From contig CAWBWI010000001.1 in assembly GCA_963792585.1 (NCBI GenBank), positions 1,696,001 to 1,760,000 on the forward strand: a DNA stretch of 64,000 nt, given 5' to 3'. Under the pieces are notes generated by a model. It was given only the letters and a program-made list of their open reading frames with translations, had not been told where the DNA came from and searched no databases. Positions 52,032 through 60,341 of this stretch are shown one piece after another; position 1 is the stretch's first letter; each line of letters opens with the position of its first letter. The position numbers and the translations under genes are program-made. This DNA is from Candidatus Eiseniibacteriota bacterium (GTDB lineage: Bacteria > Eisenbacteria > RBG-16-71-46 > CAIMUX01 > VGJL01).

Positions 52032-52700
52032 ATGAAAACTCTAGTTGTCGTGTTGTCGAGTTCGATGTTGCTCTTCGCCACCGTCACGGGTTGCGGCTGG
52101 AGCAACAAAGCGAAGGGCGGAGCCATCGGCGCCGGAGCCGGAGGGGTTGCCGGCGGCGTCATCGGCCGTGCTCAAGGGCACACAGCCCTCGGCGCGATCA
52201 TCGGCGCGGCGGTCGGTGGAACGGCGGGCGCCCTGATCGGCAATCACATGGACAAGCAAGCGGAAGAGATGAGACGGGACATGCAGAACGCGAAGATAGA
52301 GCGTGTCGGTGAGGGAATCAAGATCACGTTCGATTCCGGAATTCTATTTGCAATCGACTCGTATCAGTTGCAGTCCACGGCGACGGCGAACATCGAGAGT
52401 CTGGTGCGGGTGCTCAACAAGTACCCGGACACCAACATTCTCGTTGAAGGCGATACCGACAACACCGGATCCGACGACTACAACCAGAGACTGTCAGAGC
52501 GCCGTGCGCAAGCTGTTGCCGACTATCAGAAGTCCCTCGGCGTCGCGGGCTCTCGGATCAGCACTGTAGGATTGGGCGAGTCGAACCCTGTCGCGTCGAA
52601 CGACACGGAGGATGGGCGTCGGCAGAACCGACGTGTTGAGGTCGCGATCTTCGCGAACGAGGATCTGAAGAAAGCCGCCAAGGATGGTCGGCTCAACTAA
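52032..52700 (+). CDS. OmpA-family lipoprotein with glycine zipper (YiaD-like)
   Basis: Lipobox VTG-C; Gly zipper; 'GDTDNTG...NQRLSERRA', 'NRRVE'. Confidence 0.93.
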   Translation: MKTLVVVLSSSMLLFATVTGCGWSNKAKGGAIGAGAGGVAGGVIGRAQGHTALGAIIGAAVGGTAGALIGNHMDKQAEEMRRDMQNAKIERVGEGIKITFDSGILFAIDSYQLQSTATANIESLVRVLNKYPDTNILVEGDTDNTGSDDYNQRLSERRAQAVADYQKSLGVAGSRISTVGLGESNPVASNDTEDGRRQNRRVEVAIFANEDLKKAAKDGRLN

Positions 52701-52719
52701 CGTGGGAGGACAAATGGCC

Positions 52720-55050
52720 CTAACGTAGGAGGACCAACTTCCGGGACACCTTGCGACCGCCGGCGTCGCAGACGACCAGGTACAGACCGGGCGCGACGCG
52801 GATCCCGCCGGAGCCTCGACCGTCCCAGGCAACGGTCATTCCCCCTGCGTCCGCCACTACCTCCATCAAGCTCGCGATCCGTCGGCCGCCGGCATCGTGA
52901 ACGCTCAAACGGACCGGCCCGGCTGCGCGGAGATCAAGGCGCAAGGTCGTCGCGGTCACGAACGGGTTCGGTCCCTCGGCGTGGAGCGAAATCGATCCTG
53001 GCCCGCAGACGTCGGAGTCTGAAGCATAAGCGACCACCGGCGCGACGTGGAGCGACGGATCCCCGAACAGATTGAAGTTGTAGAGGTTCATGTATTCGTA
53101 CAGAAGATCCCAGCCGTACCGGCTCGTTGCGGAGAACTTACCGTCATAGAGCGCATCCCCGACCGTCTCGGCCTCGACGGTCAGGTATCGATTGAAGTCG
53201 AAGCAGATTTGCTCCGTCCCTCCGGGGCTGCTCTTCCAATCGCTCGAAATCGCTGAAGGTCGGGCCGAACTCACAATCCCAGCGGACGCACCCCAAGCGG
53301 GCAAGGTCAGCAGATTGATTCCGAGATTCCCGTATCCGGTCGTCTCCGGATAACCGACATTGCACGAGACTGCGAAGACGACGGATGGATGATCATCGTC
53401 CAGGTAGTTTGCGTCGACTCCCACGAATCGGTTGCTCTGCAGCTCGCCGTTTCCGGATTCGGGGATGCCATCCCCATCATCCCATGTCCAGACCGTGCGG
53501 TAGGCTCCGTCGTTCCATCCGTGACCCGACCAATTCACGATCCCAAACTGTCCATTGCCCCACCTGCTCGTGAAGGCCGCCTCGGTCAACGGCGACCAGG
53601 CAAATGCAGACCTGACGAGCCCCGACCGTTCGCTGAAGTGGGTGATCGCGTATCCGGCCATCAGACCCGTCTCGATCGAGTCGAGGCATGTTGCGCCATC
53701 GATGAACGGGTAATCGCCGTGATCCTGGTCTTCGAAGAAGAGGATCGCGCCGCCGTGCAGCACGTTCCTCTTCCAAGCGCCGGAGTCCTCTTCGAAGGCG
53801 ACGAGTTTGTCGAGCGTGTACGTGATGCGCGCAGGGTCGTCGACCGGGATTCGTCCGACTGCGATGTCGGCGAGGAAGTCAGGAAGGTCCTCACCGTACT
53901 CGCCCGGGTACCCATCACCATCCAAGTCCCACGATGAGGCGTCCGGATCCGAGAGATCGGCGTAGTAGTAATCCGTCGGAGTGCCGGGAGCGATCAGGCC
54001 TGGATCCCACGGATCGTAGACGTGAAACTCAGGATCGGGGTAGCAGATCCTCATCGGGACGCTCACGTGATCCCCGACCAACAGGAGGTACTTGATTCCC
54101 CAGGCCAGATAACTGGCGCGCAGGAAGTTGCGGATGCGCTCCGCAAGATCGTCCCCAGTCTGACCCGCGATCTCGCTGTCGGTCGTCAGGACGGTGCGCA
54201 GTGCGAGCCCCTGTGCCGCCTTCCAGCTCTGGAATCCAGATGCTCCGATCGCGTTGACGAGGTTGGCGGTCGTGATGATCAGGTAGTCGCACTGTTCCTG
54301 CCGACCCGCCCCACCGTCTACATCCGAAGCATACAGGCCTGCGATTTGTTCGTAGTTCACGAACCAGTGCTCGGCGCGCTTCGCCACGAACGGGTCGTTG
54401 CCGGCCGCGCGCGGTATGCCGGAAGCGCCTCCCACCGAGTCGGGGAAGCGAAGATCGAGCGCCACCTCAACGATTCGGTGCTGTTCGAGTCGACCCGAAT
54501 GGGGATGATATGTGAACGGACAGAAGGCGACTGCCGCGTAGCCGTACTGCCGGTAACTTCCCCGTCCGACAATCCGGACGAATTCGGCAGGGAAGGACAT
54601 GTCCGACTCATAGGCGATGTCCCGGGCTGCGCTCCACTCACGCTGGATCCGACCCATCGCCTCGCGCCATCTCGGCATGCCGGGTGACATGGCAACCGGC
54701 GGGTAAGGAGCGACCCGGTGCACGCCGGGCACCGCCACACTTGTCTTGCTCAGAATCTCGACGGACTCGACTCTGGCACCCGGGGGCAGCGCGACCAGAT
54801 ACTCCTTCATCGGAAGCGCCGGCTCCCCCGACCTCGCAAGGGAGCGGAACGACTCGATCTCCAGCCGTTCTCCTTGTTCACCCGGGATCGTTCTGAACTC
54901 TCCCGACTCGAATGTGAGGAATATGCGATTCCCCTCGAGTCGACAGGCGGTCACGCCGGAGGCGCGATCGGCCGCTCCCACGCCGGTCGCCGTCGAGAGA
55001 AAGACGATGAAGGTTGCAAGAACGGACCGGACGCGGCATGCGGGTCGCAT
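52720..55050 (-). CDS. C25 (gingipain-family) cysteine peptidase with propeptide and C-terminal FlgD-Ig/CTD-like domain
   Basis: 'GEPALP' propeptide, 'YLLLVGD', 'TDYYYADL', 'VGRIP', catalytic 'NWSGHG' and 'SCNVG', 'NLFGDP'; 'PNPF...DAGGRR...WDG...G..VAPGLY'. Confidence 0.88.
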   Translation of the reverse strand: MRPACRVRSVLATFIVFLSTATGVGAADRASGVTACRLEGNRIFLTFESGEFRTIPGEQGERLEIESFRSLARSGEPALPMKEYLVALPPGARVESVEILSKTSVAVPGVHRVAPYPPVAMSPGMPRWREAMGRIQREWSAARDIAYESDMSFPAEFVRIVGRGSYRQYGYAAVAFCPFTYHPHSGRLEQHRIVEVALDLRFPDSVGGASGIPRAAGNDPFVAKRAEHWFVNYEQIAGLYASDVDGGAGRQEQCDYLIITTANLVNAIGASGFQSWKAAQGLALRTVLTTDSEIAGQTGDDLAERIRNFLRASYLAWGIKYLLLVGDHVSVPMRICYPDPEFHVYDPWDPGLIAPGTPTDYYYADLSDPDASSWDLDGDGYPGEYGEDLPDFLADIAVGRIPVDDPARITYTLDKLVAFEEDSGAWKRNVLHGGAILFFEDQDHGDYPFIDGATCLDSIETGLMAGYAITHFSERSGLVRSAFAWSPLTEAAFTSRWGNGQFGIVNWSGHGWNDGAYRTVWTWDDGDGIPESGNGELQSNRFVGVDANYLDDDHPSVVFAVSCNVGYPETTGYGNLGINLLTLPAWGASAGIVSSARPSAISSDWKSSPGGTEQICFDFNRYLTVEAETVGDALYDGKFSATSRYGWDLLYEYMNLYNFNLFGDPSLHVAPVVAYASDSDVCGPGSISLHAEGPNPFVTATTLRLDLRAAGPVRLSVHDAGGRRIASLMEVVADAGGMTVAWDGRGSGGIRVAPGLYLVVCDAGGRKVSRKLVLLR

Positions 55051-55281
55051 AGCACCCTCCACGTGGTCGGGACGCGGCCATAGGCGTCAACGCGAATACC
55101 CGATGAGACGAACCGCAAGTATCCTATCACGTACGAATGTGCGCCCGAGCGGTCCTCGCGGGTCGACACAGGCGTGACGTCACCCGCCCAGGTCTTCTCG
55201 GAAGCGAACGTCAAGCGCATCTTCGCCGTCAAACGCGACGCGTGACGAACGCGCGCTCGAGCGAACCGATCCGCAGCCGGA

Positions 55282-57090
55282 TCAGTCGATTCGCAGAATG
55301 CTCCTCGTTGCGGTGACGGATCCCGCGTCCAGGCGGCAGAGGTACAATCCCGACCCCATCGGCAGCCCCTGATCGCTCGTCCCGTCCCACTCGACACGGC
55401 GCGCGCCCGGGCTCATAGACCCGTCCAGCAGGACGCGCACGCGCCGGCCCGCGACATCGTAGACAACCAGGCGCACCTGCGCGGCGACGTCTAGCGCGAT
55501 GGTGATCCCGGTCGTGCGGTCGGACGGATTGGGGACGACGGACGTGATCCTCGCCGCGGTACCCGCGTCGGAACCCTCGACCGCCGCCAGCGGGATGGTC
55601 CGCTCCGTAGCGAAGGCCGACCCGGCGAAGGCCCCGTCGATCGCCTGCACGGTCCAGTAGTACTGCACCGCCCGGACGTCGATGGCCCAGCGCGTTTGTT
55701 CCTGGACATTCCCGAGATCCACGATGTAGCGACGGCCGGTCTCGCGCGCCATCGGCGCCATGATCTGGGAACCGCCGGTGGACGTCCCGATTCGGAGGTT
55801 GTAGGTCAGGCAGGCGGCGGGAGTCTGGGCATCGGTCGCCGGCGACCAGTTCAGAACGACCTGATCGCCCTCGATGACTGAACTGAGGAACGTGGGGGTG
55901 CTCGGCGCGGTGTTCGGCGTGGCCCCATCACTGCGCCAAACCGCGGTCTGTATTTGGGCATAGTCGCTCCGGCCGGACTGGACGATGTCGAGATCCCCGT
56001 CAGCCTCAAAGTCTCCCCACTCCAAAGTACCCTCGGCGAGTTCGTAGAGCGGCGTGGCAACTTCATCGAGACCGCCGACGCCGTCATTCGCAAAGAGGAA
56101 GATCATACGGTCCAGCGCAGAGTCCGTGCCGCACAACAGGAGGTCCGGATCCCCGTCGTTGTCGTAGTCACCCCAGGACACTGAGGCGTGGCCCAGCGGC
56201 ACGAAGCCGACGGCCGCGTCGGTGAATGCATCCTCGCCATCGTTGCGGTAGAGGTGGGTCGCCCGCTCGCCCGGTCCGCTGAATCCGGCCACGATAAGAT
56301 CCAGGTCTTCATCACAATCATAGTCAGCCCAGGCGATGGCCCCGGAGTATGCGCCGACGAGCTCAGCCACGACGGGCCAGGCGGGACCCGCGCCATCATT
56401 CCTGTAGATGAGCGTCCTGTACACCCACCCCGGGTCGAGCTTGATACCGCTCAGAGCAAGATCGAGATCGCCGTCATTGTCGTAGTCTCCCCACGCCGCC
56501 GAACTCCCGAACATCGGGACGATCCCCTTCTCGACAAGCGCGAAGACCCCGGCGCCGTCATTACGGTAGAGGTAAGTGTTTGGCAGAGGATCGTCCTGAC
56601 TGCCGGTGATCAGGATGTCCAGGTCTCCGTCATTGTCGTAGTCCGCCCATGTCGCCGCGCCGCCCGCGACCCCGAGGATTCCCGCATTGATATCCGTGAA
56701 CCCGAGTGCTCCGTCGTTGCGAAAGACGAATCCCACGTAATTCTCGGCGCCGTCCCACCCCTGCAGGAGGATGTCCAGATCCCCGTCGTTGTCATAATCT
56801 CCCCACGCCGCACAGGCAAAATCGAGGTCCGGGAGGACGATGCCGCTATTCGTGAAGTAATCCCCCATGCATCTGTAGATGCGCGTCGTCAAGTCCCCGG
56901 AGAGGAGGAGATCGAGGTCGCCGTCGCGGTCGTAGTCGCCCCACTCCGTCGCTCCGTAGAAGATGCCCGGAATATCGTCCGTGATGTTCGTGAACGTGAT
57001 AACCGCCGCACTGGGCGTTGCGATTGCGATGATCAGGCCCGCAAGCATCAGGATGAAGGAGAACCGGTGGGCGTGTCCGCTCGATGACAT
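55282..57090 (-). CDS. Secreted FG-GAP/VCBS + FN3-like protein with C-terminal FlgD-Ig/CTD-like domain
   Basis: AGGAGG RBS; 7 'WGDYDNDGDLD' repeats; 'LTYNLRIGT'; 'PNP...YDVAGRRVR...WDGTSDQG..MGSGLY'. Confidence 0.88.
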   Translation of the reverse strand: MSSSGHAHRFSFILMLAGLIIAIATPSAAVITFTNITDDIPGIFYGATEWGDYDRDGDLDLLLSGDLTTRIYRCMGDYFTNSGIVLPDLDFACAAWGDYDNDGDLDILLQGWDGAENYVGFVFRNDGALGFTDINAGILGVAGGAATWADYDNDGDLDILITGSQDDPLPNTYLYRNDGAGVFALVEKGIVPMFGSSAAWGDYDNDGDLDLALSGIKLDPGWVYRTLIYRNDGAGPAWPVVAELVGAYSGAIAWADYDCDEDLDLIVAGFSGPGERATHLYRNDGEDAFTDAAVGFVPLGHASVSWGDYDNDGDPDLLLCGTDSALDRMIFLFANDGVGGLDEVATPLYELAEGTLEWGDFEADGDLDIVQSGRSDYAQIQTAVWRSDGATPNTAPSTPTFLSSVIEGDQVVLNWSPATDAQTPAACLTYNLRIGTSTGGSQIMAPMARETGRRYIVDLGNVQEQTRWAIDVRAVQYYWTVQAIDGAFAGSAFATERTIPLAAVEGSDAGTAARITSVVPNPSDRTTGITIALDVAAQVRLVVYDVAGRRVRVLLDGSMSPGARRVEWDGTSDQGLPMGSGLYLCRLDAGSVTATRSILRID

Positions 57091-57544
57091 GGGTTACCTC
57101 CTGTTGAATTAAGTCCGGGATCGCGTCCGGGAGACCTTGGGCACGACGATCGCCAGGGTACGTTTCGCCGATTCCAGCGGGGCAATGGGTAGGACTGAGC
57201 GGGGCCGCCGGGCGTCCTGGCGGTACCAGCTGAGCGATGCTCTTGAAGGTCCGATTCTCATTCGGCCACCGGAGTTCGGTCATTCTCGGAATCCAAGCAC
57301 GCTCGCGCCTCGCGCAAAGGCGAGAGAGGTTTTCAACCGCACATTACTATACTCTAACTTGTCGAAGATGCGTAGGTTTAGTCTCTCGTCGAGCTGCAGA
57401 CGCCCCACGAGTCTCCCGTTCGGTCCTCTGAGAATCTCCTTTGCCGACCGGACAGAAGGCGCCTGCTATGCTCTCTTGAGTTCCCCTGGGGAACCCTCTG
57501 ATGTGGTCTGGGCTCTACAGCGCGAGCAGGATGAGAATGGAGCG

Positions 57545-57949
57545 ATGATCCCGAACGAGAAAGAGGTCCGGCTGACGCCGGGATGCCTTCGTGCGATTCT
57601 TGCGGAACGGAAATTCCAGATGCGATCGGTTCTCAAGCACGATCGCCAGGAAACCCCGGACGCCGCAGAGGCTCGCCCGCCATTCTCGCCCGGCGATTTT
57701 CTCCGCGCCGATGCCGGCGTCGCGTTAAGGGTCACCAGCGTTCGCATGGAACGGCTCCAGGAAATCAGCGATCAAGACATTCTCCGCGAGGGCGGGATGT
57801 GGCACGAGACGGCTTCACCGGGGTCGACCGAGACCGAACGCCACGGCTTCGCCCGCTGGTGGGACGAAGTTCACACGCGCCCTGAAACCAAGTGGGGCGA
57901 GAATCCATGGGTCTGGGTCATCGAGTTCGAGAGAACGCACGTGATGTAG
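57545..57949 (+). CDS. Hypothetical protein resembling phage ASCH/PUA-like proteins
   Basis: 'VTSVRMERLQEISDQD...EG...F..WW......W..NPWVWVIEFER' motif. Confidence 0.65.
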   Translation: MIPNEKEVRLTPGCLRAILAERKFQMRSVLKHDRQETPDAAEARPPFSPGDFLRADAGVALRVTSVRMERLQEISDQDILREGGMWHETASPGSTETERHGFARWWDEVHTRPETKWGENPWVWVIEFERTHVM

Positions 57950-58036
57950 AGCTGTCCCCAAGATCACACGTGCGGTCCGCGGCGACGCGCCGGAGAATGC
58001 GGTTGCACTCGGGATGGAAGGGATGTCGCGAGTTTG

Positions 58037-59203
58037 ATGACCGATCAAAGCCGGAGACTTCTCGTTAACTACTGGTATGCGCCCCCCGTCGGTCATGCGA
58101 TCGAAGGGCTCCGTTACGCACTCGGCTACCACGCCGCCGATCCGAAACTCCGGGTCAGCCTACTCTTGAGCGCCGCTACTCCGGCCGAGCTTGCGGGCTG
58201 CTGTTCATTCCTGGACGAGGTGTACGCGGTGCCGTTCACGACCTTCGTCCGCGCCGAGGGTGATCCGGAGGCTGCGCTGTCGAGGGTACCGCGCGCCTGG
58301 GATTACCTGGTCGAGAACCACCGCGCGCGCGACCCCGCGCATAATGCATTCGCAGGTTTCCGAGCGTTTTTCGACGCCGCGAAACGCCACTTCGAGCCTC
58401 GATTCGGGGTTGGCGTCGTAGGCCACGCGCCGCCCGACTATCGGCGGCACCAGCAACTCCGTCTGGATCTCCCGGAGGGGGCGCGCGAAGCAGCGCGGCG
58501 CACGATCGGCAAGGATCGCCCGGCGATCTCCGTCTTGCTGGCAGGATCATCCGCGAATCGTCACCTCTATCCCTCGGTCAGTTCCTGGGAACGGATCCTC
58601 ACCGAGCTCTCTGCGCAGCATCCGGACGCGGTAATCTGCCTGATCGGCAAGCGGGTTGACGACGGCCGCACGACGAGTCGAATCGGTCGTGGCGAGATCG
58701 AGCGGTTGCTTGCGGCCGTCCAACGAAGTGTCGACTGCTTCGATCGACCGATCCTGGATCAAATCGCGGTTGTCGAGGCCTCTTCCCTGCTCGTTTCGCC
58801 GCACACCGGATTCGCCTTCACCGCCTCGACGGTGGGCACGCCCTGGCTCGCGATTTCGGGCGGAGATTGGCACGAATACTTCTTCAACGGCGTCCCCGTC
58901 TACTCACTCTTGCCCGATCCCGTTCGCTATCCGTGTTTCGGTTGGGGGGCTCTCGGCTCCGTCGCCCTTCCGGTCATCGACCCGGATAGCGACGGCGAAG
59001 GACCACGGACGCCGAGCATGTCGGCAGCGCGCATCCGCGAGGATCTGCCAGAACTCTTGCACGCGGCCCGGATGCTGATCGAGAAACGCCTGCCCTATGA
59101 ACGGGCGCTCGCCGACTACTTCCCACGTCTTCTCGCTGCGTATCGCGGCGATCGCTCGCGGATCTTCACTTTCGACAACCTTCACGACGAGTACCTCTCA
59201 TGA
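58037..59203 (+). CDS. Glycosyltransferase family 9-like (GT-B) protein
   Basis: 'GHAIE.L', 'IAVVEASSLLVSPHTGFAF.A..VGTP' resembles the GT9 'DTG..H.A.A.G.P' region. Confidence 0.55.
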   Translation: MTDQSRRLLVNYWYAPPVGHAIEGLRYALGYHAADPKLRVSLLLSAATPAELAGCCSFLDEVYAVPFTTFVRAEGDPEAALSRVPRAWDYLVENHRARDPAHNAFAGFRAFFDAAKRHFEPRFGVGVVGHAPPDYRRHQQLRLDLPEGAREAARRTIGKDRPAISVLLAGSSANRHLYPSVSSWERILTELSAQHPDAVICLIGKRVDDGRTTSRIGRGEIERLLAAVQRSVDCFDRPILDQIAVVEASSLLVSPHTGFAFTASTVGTPWLAISGGDWHEYFFNGVPVYSLLPDPVRYPCFGWGALGSVALPVIDPDSDGEGPRTPSMSAARIREDLPELLHAARMLIEKRLPYERALADYFPRLLAAYRGDRSRIFTFDNLHDEYLS

Positions 59204-59494
59204 TCTGGCGGTGATGTCCTGTGGCTCGATTCTCCGCCAAACCGGAAGACCCCTGGGGGCACAAGACCGACCATCGTGCGTACGAGGACCTCAACGAGGA
59301 GCGCCAAGCTGTTCTTGCCTGAAGGATCGTTGCCTGGAGCGCTCAACTCGCAGCCGACTGCGAACACATGGCATCCCTTATGTCGATCTCGCGCGGCCAC
59401 CCTTCGCCGGCTCGAGGCGGACTGCCGATCGGTGGACCGTCCATGAGCCATGGCCCAACCCTGGACCGCGGCTCTGCATGTCGAGGATGTGCAG

Positions 59495-60028
59495 TTAACG
59501 ATAGATCGTGCGGATCCGCCCCCAGGTGGTCGCCCGATTCCCACCGCCATTGCCGTGGTCGTCCGGCACGTCCGCCACGACGCAAGGGTTCGGGTGGCAG
59601 TAGGTCTCACCGGGGATCCATGTGCCCCCAATCAAGGCACAGTCCTCGCCGCAACCGACGAGCCGGCAGCTGCCGTCGGGAAGGCAGCAGGCGATGGGAC
59701 AGCACGCCGGACATGGGTTGGGATCGCAGGACGTCATGCCCTGCATCCACGTGCAGACACCCGGATTCTGGACACATTCCGCAAATGTCGTGATCGAGCA
59801 CTCGCCGTAGTGCGAACAACAGACCCCCAATCCGGTCTGGCATGGATCAGGGAGACAAGGAGTCCCGTCTCCCCAGTAGTTTCCTCCCGCCGCGGCACAC
59901 TCCTCCCACGTGTACAACACACAGGAGTTGTCCTGTAGGCAACACGCTCCAGGGATCGCCGAGGCTAGGGGACATACGAACATCGCGAGGATCACGGCCA
60001 CGCCGGATGCGACGATGCAGCGGCTCAT
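59495..60028 (-). CDS. Secreted Cys-rich repeat protein (3 GACC modules) with C-terminal TTWGRIR..YR motif
   Basis: AAGGAGG RBS; signal peptide; 24 Cys in 177 aa; ends 'NRATTWGRIRTIYR'. Confidence 0.82.
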   Translation of the reverse strand: MSRCIVASGVAVILAMFVCPLASAIPGACCLQDNSCVLYTWEECAAAGGNYWGDGTPCLPDPCQTGLGVCCSHYGECSITTFAECVQNPGVCTWMQGMTSCDPNPCPACCPIACCLPDGSCRLVGCGEDCALIGGTWIPGETYCHPNPCVVADVPDDHGNGGGNRATTWGRIRTIYR

Positions 60029-60223
60029 AACATCCTCCTTTCCGACGGCGTCGAGTTTACGCCCTGAGGGCGTGCTTGGACAGCCGAATCACGCCCGTGT
60101 GCGCAGCACCCCCATGCGGGTCGACAGACCCCGTCGGCACTGCCGTATCCCCAACTCATCCACCCCTAGCTCCCGCAAACTCGTTCCGCCGACGGGCGAT
60201 CACCGATCCACTCATCCCCGTGC

Positions 60224-60251
60224 TTGACACCCCCGGATGGGAGGATAGGCT
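60224..60251 (+). promoter_or_regulatory. Sigma70-type promoter TTGACA-N16-TAGGCT
   Basis: About 90 bp upstream of GTG 60342. Confidence 0.5.
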
Positions 60252-60341
60252 TGATGTCGGGGATTCCAGAACGTCTTGCTGGCCGCACTCTCGGAAGCGG
60301 CGTGCGATCGATCGGTGCTACCGGGGTTGGTCGGAGGCCGC

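Noticed and set aside
55900..56950. CRISPR-like DNA repeats (gtcgttgtcgtagtc...ccca)
   Set aside because: These are degenerate coding repeats for WGDYDNDGD blades within an ORF; no cas genes.
57137..57156. Sigma54 -24/-12 promoter (GG-N10-GC on both strands)
   Set aside because: Only partial consensus in GC-rich DNA, and no enhancer-binding protein gene nearby.
57100..58030. Prophage or mobile element
   Set aside because: A single phage-like gene only; no integrase, structural genes or att-like repeats seen.
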